Positions 1 to 11,300 of a DNA stretch of 64,000 nucleotides are shown here, one piece after another (positions within the stretch are counted from its first letter, which is position 1; every line of letters starts with the position of its first letter). The stretch lies in NCBI GenBank assembly GCA_030141605.1, contig JAQGDQ010000945.1, positions 1 through 64,000 on the forward strand. The letters run 5' to 3'. The notes beneath the pieces are model-generated. The model saw only the letters and a list, made by a program, of their open reading frames with translations. It was not told the origin of the DNA and searched no databases. Source of the DNA: Tubiluchus corallicola (Eukaryota; Animalia; Priapulida). Both the position numbers and the translations under genes were made by a program.

Positions 1-80
1 GAGAGTGAGAGAGAGAGAGAGAGTGAGTGAGAGTGAGAGTGAGGTGAGAGGGAGAAAGAGAGGAGAGAGAGGAGATGAGA

Positions 81-152
<72 letters not shown>
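1..152. repeat. (GA)n microsatellite in a COASY intron
   Basis: Near-pure GA run, with GT/GG interruptions in the first 85 bp; it explains the spurious RE-repeat ORF 5..283. Confidence 0.97.
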
Positions 153-154
<2 letters not shown>

Positions 155-565
155 TTACACATTACATGTCGAGACCCCAGGAAAAATACATTTCCAAAAA
201 ATACGAGTTTTGTAACTTTTTTTGTAAAATTTTCATTCCTTTGTTTGGAGCATTGTTCCTGCATTGTAGACTATGTATTATAGGTTCAATTTTATCTGTA
301 CAGTATGCTATAGACATTTGTAGTAACATTTCTATATTGTGTGCCAAAGATAATGCCTGGGAAAGCACAAGGTGGAGATGCTAAAATGTCTTATTTGGCC
401 ATTTGTTCTGTTTACTGTTATTAGGAGTGATGGATGAAGTGAGAATTTTATATAGAAAATCTTTGCATGATGGTTTAATGATAGGGGGAAAATGAGTAAG
501 ATTCAAAATGATAGTTTTTGGCCATTTGTTGATGTTTTTTATAATAGCCATGTATTTGTTTTCAG

Positions 566-3500
566 AAAAAGTTTTGCGTGAACTGATACAGCCATATGAT
601 TTGAGAGTGAAGGAGTTGAGGTCGTTTTTACAAGATGTCGATCCAACACTTCATTATAACTTGGAACGTCTGACAGATCCATTTGGTCCATCCACAATCA
701 TGCCAGAACTTGAGTGTATTGTAACAAGTGAGGAAACATCTAAGGGTGGTGCAAGAGTTAACGAAGTCAGAAGGTCAAAAGTAATTCAGTTTTGCTGAAA
801 GTTTATTGATCACAGAAACTTTTTCCTAATCTTCTTCGTACTGCTGCACTTTTAGCAAGATACTTGGAGTTGAGGAAGGGTTGCCAAAATAAATGTAAAA
901 AAGAAATTATCTATATATAAAGGTGTTGATAAAAACAGGTGTAGTGATTAATGCCTGGTAATAGAGTCAGAATCGTTCTTTCGGTATCTGTTAATTAATT
1001 GTGAAATGCAGAAATAGCCATGACAGATTATAAAAGTATCAAATAGTTTTAAGATTGTCACCAGTCTTGAGCCTGGGTTTCACAGAGGTTTGCAATTTTC
1101 TTAAAATTTCTGAAAGTCCAACAGCTTCCAAATATATTTGAGAAGTTCCCCAAAATGTTCGAAAAACATTCGCGGGTTGTTGCCAAGATGTTGCTGGCTT
1201 CGGCAAAAAGTTTTCGAGTGTTTAATGTTTGTCGCTGGCTTTGCAAAACTCCCCACTTTATCAAAACTTCTCTAAACTGTAACAGTTGTAAAGTTGTCTG
1301 CACATGCGCCAGACCACTCAAATATGTCATCAATTATTCGTCAAGAATTTCAAAATACGCAATTACTTGAGAACATCTTGAGATGCTTTTGACAACTTTG
1401 TGGCTATTTGACATTTTGGAGAATCTTAGTTGTTCCACACATTTTTCTGTAAAAATTCTGTCCGGTGGTTGCAAAACTAAATTCTATAGTTTGACACTCG
1501 CGTGAATATCATGCAACATTCGCCTTGCCGCATAAGTGTCGCACAAGTTGCTAAACACAGGCAAACGTGTCATATTACATTCTTGTCTGAGAAAAAAGCT
1601 CAAAATTTGCAAAAATTTGGTGAAAAATATGCATGATAAATTTATACTGGGCTACCATGCTTTAAGTTTTTCTGCTGCTGGTCTGTGTCAGCTTGTTAAC
1701 TGTACCAATTTTGTTTTACAGGGCCTTTCAGAGTTAGCACACCATAGTATTAGCATGGTTAGTAAAGATGGGCCCGTGGAGGATTCTGCACTGAGTTCAT
1801 CCGTTCAGCGTAAACATTTATTAGGAACTTTGATCAGTTCACCCAAGGTAGGTCTGATAAAAATTACTGAGAAGAGTACTTTTTATAATATGTACTTTTG
1901 CCAGTAATGATACAGGGAGAAAAACTGTTTGCTTAATGCTTAACACGTATCTACGTTGTTTGTAAATGATATACTGCTATAATTATTTTGCAGTGACATT
2001 GCAATATTATGGAATGTCTACCACAAAAATTTGCATTTCTTAATCAATAAATATTTGTTTTCTTTTGTAGTCACAGTCACTCATACCTGATATCTGAGCA
2101 AGTCTTCCTTAACCCACAGTCACAAAATTTTTACTAAACTCCATTTTTGAGATATGTTGTGTAGGATGAAGCACGAGTGTTTACGCAATTTTTAAATTAT
2201 TTACTAATTTTTGATTTAGGCTGTTATATATAAACCATTCATTGATGGTTGCTCTACATGTGTATGCATAAATTAATGTAATGTTAAGACAAAATGGAGC
2301 CTTGATGATTTGTTTCTTCCAAATGTAAAGGTATACTGCCAGCTTCAAGTGTTATTAAATTTTCTAGACTTGCACCAATATAGATGATGTTAATTAAATA
2401 TATAGTTATTATTGTTTGCCATTTTAGAATAATTCCGAAATACGAAAAACACCATATGTGATTGGACTTACTGGGGGAATTGCAAGTGGAAAATCAGAAA
2501 TAGGAAAGCGCATGATGAATTTAGGTGCTGCATTTATAAACTGTGATAAACTTGGACACGAGTCTTACCAGCAAAATCAGCCGGCTTACAACAAAATCTT
2601 AGAGCATTTTGGTCTTGACGTCATGACCAGCAGTGGAGACATAGACAGAGGTCGTTTAGCAGCAAAAGTTTTCGGCAATAAGGTTTGAAAATTGCACATT
2701 CGTTATCATTTTAGCCAGGAATGCAGTTTGCCATGACAGTAAATAGAGTATTTTGTGTTTACTGTGTTTTTTGACAAGTTGAATGGAATTTAATGCTCAC
2801 TACCATGTTAAAAGATTATTTAGTTATGCTTCTTCTGCTTGAATGAGTGCACCAACATATTTTTTTTTAAAATATTTATTGAATTCATGGGTCCGAATTA
2901 TTCTTCTGTTACGTGAACTTGGAAACAAAATTTCCACCTCATAATTTACTGAATCTTTTTGCAATTCTTTTTAGGCAGAAATGGATAAACTAAATTCTAT
3001 AGTTTGGCCTGAGATAGAGAAGTTGGCAAAGCAGGAGATTGCTAAATTGGACACTTCCGGGTATGACATCATTGTGTTAGACGCTGCACTGCTCATTGAG
3101 GCTGGATGGACAAGTTTTACTCATGAAGTTTGGGTAACTTTTGTGCCAAAATATGAGGTACAATGAGTCTCACAACAAAATTTTAACCAAAACTTAAAGA
3201 TCAATGTTTTACTTTGCGTAATGATTTTGTGAGGTCGTTTAGTTATATCACAATATCATACGTCACATAATATCATAAGTCACACAACACAATGCATGTT
3301 GCAAGTTAACTTGTAAGATCTATTGCTATGTTAATAAAGCACTTCATACAATACACCTTTTTTATAACTTTAATTAGTAGTTAAGTAAATGAATTATACT
3401 TGCATTACAAAATGTTTATGATTTTTCATCAATTCAAAATCCGACATGACTCAAAATACCAGCCAACTAATTTTTCACCAAAGAACTGTATGCCCTGATG

Positions 3501-4195
3501 CTAAATTTTTCTTTATTGTAGGCCGTAAGACGAGTAATGGAAAGAGATGGACTGAGTGAAGAAGAGGCTGAATTGCGTCTTAATGCCCAAATGTCAAATG
3601 AAGACAGAATAAAAGTGGCTAATGTGGTTTTCTGTTCTCTGTGGGAGTATGAAACCACCACTAGACAGGTAACATTGCAAAGATTTTTGATGAAGTATAA
3701 CCATATGCTGCATTCTTTAGAAACGCCGTTTGTACATATTTCTTAGCACTGAAGTTTTTCATATAGTGCAAGTTATAAAGTGTAGAATTGTAGTAAAAAA
3801 TTACACAGTAAATATTCTCCTGGCAAATTTCTCTTTTAATATGCAAATTATGGAAAATACTGCATTATGGAAAATTGTAGTGTGATACTACCAAAAATAT
3901 GCAGTATGAGAAATGTTATTTATTATATGTAATATTTGCCAAAATTTCTCATGCTGTTGTAGCATTTGTAATACACACTTGTAAAAGTGTTCAGTACTTG
4001 ATTTTGGTTTTGCGAGATAGATGAAATATTTTTTCTGTCAAAATTATTTGTTTACTGTAGATGTCACGCAGAAGTAGGCTATTGTTTTGTTAAAACCTTG
4101 ACCTGTACATGTTTGATTAATTCTGTCATGATTTGAAATTTTTTCTCTAGGTGGAAAAGGCTTGGGAAAGCTTAAGAGAGCGAATGTCCAGTTAA
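566..4195 (+). CDS. COASY: Bifunctional coenzyme A synthase (PPAT + dephospho-CoA kinase), 5'-partial, last 6 exons
   Basis: GT-AG exons 566-780, 1722-1847, 2428-2682, 2975-3157, 3522-3668 and 4151-4195 join in frame. PPAT motifs DPFGPS, IVTSEETSKGGARVNEVR and LSSS. DPCK P-loop YVIGLTGGIASGKS, CDKLGH, IDRGRLAAKVF, LNSIVWPEI, DAALLIEAGW, RLNAQMSN. Ends SLWEYETTTRQ-VEKAWESLRERMSS*. Upstream exons lie outside the window. Confidence 0.95.
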
Positions 4196-5423
4196 CTTGT
4201 AGGAGCAATTTTTTGTGTAGAACAGATATGAGATGTTTATGCTTCTGATTTGAAAAGAGATGCTTTAAGACAAAAGTAAATAAGTTTGGATACTTAAGTA
4301 AATAATAATTATCTGGGTGCAATTAGTAAGACATTGTTTCCTTTTTTATAGATTTTCATAGACTTAAAACATTAATATACAGCAGGATTGAAAAATGGGT
4401 TATTATGAGAATAAAGATGTGTGGAACACAACATTTTATCAACTTCTTTATTATTTGCTTCATAACTATGCCAGGTCCTTTGTTTTGTTTTGTTAATTAA
4501 TTAGTTTAAACATTTTTAAATGTGATCTAGTTCACTTTTATGTGATAATGTGCAGGTAAGCTGTACAAGTCTTATTGTATGGATAATTTGTGGCTTGTCA
4601 ACTCCTTTTGAAGGAGTCTAAACAATGATGTAATGTTATAGGAAAGAAAATTGTCAGTTTTTAAATTATGTTGCAGATTTACTTGATGTAATTATTTAAT
4701 AGAGAACATGTCCAAATAGTATTTAGATAAGTTCAGTTTTAGAACTTTTTAACTATCATTTCTGTAATTATTAGATCTTTTCCATACTTTTAATTTATAA
4801 AGTTTTTAGTGGAATGTCTAAAAAAGATGACATCATTCATTTTTGTTTCTGTATTAATACTGGGTTGATGTTCTTTGTGTATGGTCTCTAAAGATGGTAA
4901 CTGCGGGCCAACTAATAGATATACATGAAACGTTGCTGTCATCATCTACTGCTGTGTGAAATTTGCTAGTGACTAGGCTTATAGCATGCTACTTTGAAAA
5001 ATTGAAACACCAGACGGCAAAATACGCTATCTTTTTTGAGAGACTACTTATCAATATCGTTTCTAGATTTCCTGGTTAAGCTAATCAGATCAGTACAAAA
5101 GTGGCAATGCCAATGCTATACTGCCAAAATGCTTAAAACTGGCTTCCATGAACATGAGTATTAGGAAGTATTTTTCAGATTAATATTTGCTGTATCAGCT
5201 ATGACACGAAATTTGCTCAGAAGTTGACCAGTCACGTGATGTATGTGAAAACTTTCATATTTCTAATGGTGGCAGTATTTGTGAATATTAGTTGTCTCAT
5301 TAACTACAGTCAACCTCAGATATAAGGGACACGTCCGGACCGGAAAAAATCATCCCTTATAGCCGAAGTTGAGTCAGACCGAGGGTGTATCTAAACCTGT
5401 ACTTTTCTGTACTTTTACCCATA

Positions 5424-6529
5424 CAGTCTAGTCTCGTTATCTCGCCACTGTCCGTCTAGGGCAAATTTTTGGCGAGAGGCGAATATGGCGAGATAACGGG
5501 AATATAACGAAGTTAGTCTATATGTATATACATAATAGTTGATTAACATAGTGTTCCTCTATGTACATATAAAATATATTTCGCATTATGATACTAAACA
5601 ACATTAAATCAGAAATGAAAAAATGTCAAAAATAATCTTAGAATGTTACTTTTTTATTTAAAAAACCTTTTTCGAGTATACACTTAAATGCAATAAACTT
5701 AGCAAAAGATTTAGAAATGTTCACAAATGAGTTACGGATGACTGAAATAATTCAGAAGAGACGACTGTTTCATTGATGATACACGCAAGCAGTCAACGCG
5801 ACGTTTAATCAAACACAATCCTTGAATATCGTCGCTTGTGACTCTGTCAGACTGTTCAAAGTATCGCATCAGTGTGTCGATAGCTGCTGCTGCCTGGTCA
5901 TTCGATACATGAAATGCGTCATCGTCTTCATCGCAACTGCTCGTGTCATCTTCATCGCTTCTGCCCGCGGCCTAATTCCGCACTAAATACAGTAGCAATT
6001 TCCTGTTGTGTCTTTGAAGAATTATTCGTATGATAAATACAAATTTCCTTTTTTTGTTCAGGATTAAGAGAAAACAGTTTTCGCTTCAGAGACATCATGT
6101 AAAGTTGCTCACACTTTGTGGAAACTCAAACTTAAACGCAGCTTTGGTGTTATAGAGTAAGGATATCAGTGACGCTTTAGTTTCTCTGCGCATTAACCAA
6201 CCACAGCACTCCTAATCTAATCCTGGTGAGACACACACTAGATTAATTATGTTTGTCTATCGAGTACAGCAGCATTGTCTACATACCGCAGTTATATTGA
6301 TCGACATGCGGTATATGTATTGATCGATTCACCTCTGAGTTTGTCTGTTTGGCGACATAATGAATATAGTTTACATAAGCACTCATTCTAGCATGACGTG
6401 GCAAGGGCGAGAAGCGAGGGTGGCGACTTAACGAGGTAAATATCAAAGCAGGAAATCCGTCCTGGTACTTTCTATGGCGAGAGACGAGTTTGGCGGCATA
6501 ACGAGGGGCGAGATAACGAGGCTAGACTG
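5424..6529 (-). mobile_element. Tigger/pogo internal-deletion derivative nested inside the outer element
   Basis: 23-bp TIRs CAGTCTAG(T/C)CTCGTTATCTCGCC with 1 mismatch. TA TSD at 5422-23 and 6530-31. Subterminal GGCGAGATAACG repeats. Transposase remnants on the minus strand. Confidence 0.9.
5732..6098 (-). pseudogene. Tigger/TIGD-like transposase remnant (N-terminal CENP-B-type HTH joined to the C-terminal tail; DDE core deleted)
   Basis: From 6098: MMSLKRKLFSLNPEQKKEICIYHTNNSSKTQQEIATVFSAELGR. After a junction near 5968, in another frame: SDEDDTSSCDEDDDAFHVSNDQAAAAIDTLMRYFEQ...KQSSLLNYFSHP*. The acidic tract and KQxxLxxYF ending are typical of pogo/TIGD proteins. Confidence 0.82.
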
Positions 6530-7384
6530 TATTTTTATGCATTATTGCTACACATTCAGTGCAAACGGTATGTAGGAAGCTCCCAGATGCGAGATGTATG
6601 TGACCGCAGAAACTGAGCTGTTCGAAGGTCGAGTTTGCAAAAAAATTGAGGTTAAAAATCGATCAATTTCGCTTTGATCATAGGCTCCCTTATATGCGAG
6701 GTAATTTACCTGGGTTTCTATTACTCGGGACCTGAAAATATCGTCCCTTGTAACCGAAAGTCCCTTATATGCGAAGATTTCTATAAGGAAAAACGTTACG
6801 AAAAATTGCGACCGGTGTTGACCATAAGCGAGTGTCCCTTATAAGTGAGTACCTTATACCCGAGGTTGAATGTATATGCTAACAGAACTGGCAAATTATA
6901 ACTGTAATAAAACAAGGCTGTAATACCAAGACCATAATTTACAGTGCTACGGTCTTACTAGAGCAAAATAAACGATTTTAGTTTATTGTAATTATTAGAA
7001 TTTTCCTTTTGTTTGTCGTTTGTAACTTTGAAAAGATTTACCAAAAATAAAAAAAACAAGAAATAATTCAGAATTTTAAACACAAATTACATATTTATAA
7101 ATTTTATTTTGAAAACCATAATTGATCAAAATTATACCATTACTTTTTTATCATATTTTGTGACCATTCACTTTTTTCGTTTTTTGCAAATCTACACACA
7201 GTCAGACAGTGAACAAACAGCAATTGCAATTTCTTAAGCTTTGTAGAATTATTTAATATGTACTTTGCTATGACTGCAGTCTGGCAAAGTTAGTCACTTT
7301 CTATATAATTTTTTTCTTAGATAGCATATAAGTTTGACTTGAACTATTGGTCGAAAGATTTGCTGATTTAAAGATTGTGGATTA

Positions 7385-8030
7385 GTAGTGATTTCGGTGC
7401 CCCTATTTTGAATTTAAGACGGCAAATCAAAACTATTCCTGTAAAGTTTCATGACGGTCTCTTATAAATTGGCACAGTTTTAGACTTTCTTGAAAGTGAC
7501 GTTATTGCCGCCATCTAGAATTCAAGATAGCAGATAAAAAAAATTCGACTCTTTTAATCAATGTGGACTTTGGTTTAACATATTTTTGCAAGTTTTATGA
7601 CAAATTGGCTGAGCCTATGCTTTTTTCAAATGTGATGTTATCACTGCCACCTTGAATTCAAAATAGCAGATCGAGACTTTGCCTCCATCAGTTGATGTGG
7701 AATTCACTCTAGTATGTTTCTATAATGTTTCACGATGATCCATTGCGAAGTGGCACAGTCTTATGATTTTTTTGAATTCAAAATGGCAGATGGAAAATTT
7801 GACTGTCATTCTGTGCAAAATTCCTTCAAGTACATTCCTATAAAGCTTCATGACAGTCTATTCCCGTACTGGCAGAGCCTTAAGCTTTTTTTCAAAAATA
7901 TTGTTTCATCGCCACCGTGATTTCAAAGTGATGGATCGAAAATCCGACTCCATCAGTCAACGTAGCATTCATTCTAGTATAAAGTTTCTTGACGATTCGT
8001 TGAAAATTCATGGAGCCTAGAACTTTTTTC
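7385..8030. repeat. Degenerate tandem repeat, ~5 units of ~110-140 bp
   Basis: Recurrent GCCATCTTGAATTCAAGATGGC-like palindrome at ~7400, 7508, 7646, 7773 and 7911, each followed by an AAGTTTCATGAC-like motif. Confidence 0.7.
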
Positions 8031-8308
8031 CATAAACTCGCATTCCAAAACAAGAAGAAAAACAGCATTCCTTGACCAAAAACTATTCAGTTTATGCTAA
8101 GAACCATATAATTAGTTGTTTAAATGTAATTCTTGAAATGAAGTAATACGAATCTTAACGTTTTGGTAGTAAATTATCTTGCTCAATGCAACTAAGATGG
8201 TATTTTTATAATACCATAATTCTACAGTCGTACACAAGCATAATAGAAATCTTGAGTAATGCTGCTGAGCACTTCGCATTTGTACAAAACAAAAGAAAAT
8301 GACAATGG

Positions 8309-11300
8309 TCACGTTAAGAGCCCCAGAGATTTTTTAACTAATTTTTCGGATATTTTCTTAAATTGTTCTCGGTCATCTCTCCAGATTTTTGCGGCATCAA
8401 CATTAGCAGCACTTTCATCATTCGGTTCTGAAAGTAAATGGTTTACATGCTTATATAGATGAATGAAAACTACCCCCGAAAACTAGAAAAATATCATAAT
8501 GCAATAATACATTGCCTAGAATAGTCACTCTATTGCAGTGGAAATTTGTATACAAAGAATATCATGACAAAATTATATTTGAATTTTATTTCATGCAGTG
8601 AAATAATACATAATCACATGCATATTGTGCTATCCCATTAGAAATATTATGAGTCACTATGAGCAGGAGGAAGGATCATTATGCCATTGGGTTACCTTCC
8701 AAGAAGTGCCGGAATTGACAATTAATTACGTACAATCAATTACATACGTATTACTACCTTCTACTAGTAAATTAATATCAGGATGAGTTCAGATTACTGT
8801 GATTAATTATACTAGTGTAGTGAATATTGTTTGATGCATTTTTAAATTGAAAAGGGCTAAGACTTTCATTCTTTTTATCAGGAGGAATTAATAACCGTAT
8901 TTTAATACCATCATATCATTTTGATGACTCTTTCATTATATTTGTTTCTAGCTAGTACATAGTTTTCAGCTGAACATCTTTCGTAAACTAGTGATCTGTT
9001 GTTTTGAAACTGGACAAAATAAGGATTGAAAAGCTGAAGCAAGAAGAGAATAATGATATTGCTACATGAAATGGAGACAATACATATCATATATTTCTTT
9101 CATCTAAGAGTGTAAGAAGACAAGTAGATTATATATGTAGGACAATCATATCTTACATGATATATTAGTTTATGTTTTGAGTTATTTGTAAACCTTCCAG
9201 ATTACTTTTATATACACGACCTCAAGACATGATACTATATATTAGATACTCTGATAGATTAGTGACAATTATAACAATTTTATAAGCAACTAAATGTGTT
9301 ACACAAGCACAGTTCTCCAATGTAGTACAGCTGTAGTAAATTTTATATGTTACTTTTAATATTAGCAATTTAGCTGAAGGAGAACAGAGTTACCTGCCAA
9401 CATGCTGACAACAGATAAAAGTATTTTTTCAACGCTTTGAACTGGACTCCACCGTTCTGCACTAGATTCATATCCCATTGGGTCATCTCCTGGTGCATGC
9501 AGTATAGATATACACACTCTGCCATCTGGGTATACTGTAATAAATAATGCAATCTGAAAGTGTATCACAATGCTCTCTTGATCACACAGAAACGTCAATT
9601 TTGTTCAATGCTGTTCAACGAGTTATGTTTGCTTGGCACCGGAGTACTGTGGATCAGTAATATTATGGCTACCAATTAATTAGCTACCTAGCTATTGCAG
9701 GTATTATTGGTAGCAGCTATTTTCAGTTGCTCCAGCCTTCAAAAGCTATACTGTGCTATCTGAAAGCACAAGTTAAATATGGACTTTCTCAAACGATTTG
9801 TGGAGTTTCCGTGCATCGGATTCAAAGTGTGAGGCTTAACTAAAAATGAAATATTTTTGCTATAGCAGCACAGTAATGAAGAGGTGACTTCATTTAATAA
9901 TTGTCTTTTAACGTTGAATGATAACTTATTTGGCAACAACAGTCAGGTATGGATTTCGAAGTATATTCTCTCACTTCATAAAAGTGTATGACTTCGATTC
10001 GAACCTTGCACTAATTTAAAAAGCTACCGTTATGCTATTGCTAATAAAAACTGCAGCACTTGGTGTAGTGCAGAAATTTCTTTATCTATTTAGCTGCTTC
10101 AATCCGTTCGTGTAGTTCAGAAAATTCCTTATAGCTGCTTCAACTTGTTTGTGCAGTTCAGGAACTAATCCTGCCCTATAAACTTTAAGTAAAATTTGAC
10201 AGAATGCCTGATGCCGCGTGGCTGATTGTCTGTTATGGCGTGTTCAGATTAGGGAGTTTTCTCGCTAAGAAGACTCCCCAAAATAACTCGCAAGCATGTT
10301 CAGACTACAGAGCAAAACAGCAGCAAGTCATTCTTCGACAGTAAGTGCAAGCTGACACTCACTTCTCTATTCGCTGGGAGAAACGTCAAGAGAAACTTGC
10401 CGAGGTGCTCTTACTAGAGAGTAAATCATCTTGCAGTGACTGTCTGAAAGTTAGCAATTTCTTGCCAACAGTAACTCGCAAAGCAGTTCGCACTTATAAG
10501 AGAAAACTCGCAATAGAATACTCACTAGTCTGAACGTGTCATCAGAGATACCAAAAATAAATATTTGTTAAGAGAAGTCTCTAATAGAAAGTGAGTCATT
10601 TTACAGTATTAGATGGGAATTAGGCAATTTCCTAATATAAGCAGTGAAGAAGTGAGCTGTTTCCTTATAATTATTGGTGTGGCGTCGTTGGGATTGCTGT
10701 CAACCATGCAATGGAGCTCACACTGTATCATACAAAATCTTTTAGTAGTATCTTATGTACTTAGCTAGCACTTGCTACAGGGCGATTAGAAGAAACGTCA
10801 TCTAGACAACATCATTTTGTTTTCCATCCTACTGAGTTAAAGTGCTAAGAACATGTTAGTACACTGACAATGTTTATTTTAAAGTAAAACTTAATTTTTT
10901 ATATGACTTAGTTACACAAAGAAGCAATCATATGAAAATACACTACTTAGTTGAAATATCAAAAGAAACTGGCATTAAAACACAAACAATTCTGTATTTA
11001 CTAATTATATGTCAACAATCAGAAGTTTCCTTTCCTGAACTTTAGCATTGCGAACTTGGCAATTACTTTATCAAAACCAATTACTTTTGCCAAGTCATGT
11101 TCAACTGATTAAACTGTAAGATCAGATAACCCTAACTGTAATATTGTGGACCTCAAGTAGTTTCTGATTAGTTTAATATTTGAAAAGCTTCTTTTACATG
11201 CCACAGAAACATAGATCGTGAGAAATAATTCTAAGCTGAGTGCAAGGTTTGGGAGAGATTCACAGTGAAGTCCCACTCAGCTATGAAGGTCAGAACGTCC

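Larger units (their letters stand above)
5307..6872. mobile_element. pogo/Tigger-type (Tc1/mariner superfamily) non-autonomous DNA transposon, outer element
   Basis: TIRs CAGTCAACCTCAGATATAAGGGACAC (5307) and the reverse complement of the right end, CATTCAACCTCGGGTATAAGGTACTC (6872). TA on both flanks (5305-06, 6873-74). Subterminal CCCTTATA repeats. Confidence 0.85.

Noticed and set aside
5-283. 92-aa RE-repeat ORF
   Set aside because: Translation of the (GA)n microsatellite.
1070-1563. Possible degenerate MITE in a COASY intron (GCCTG(G/T)GTTT ends) and the ORFs within it
   Set aside because: Only ~10 bp of inverted match and no TSD; the ORFs have no recognisable motifs.
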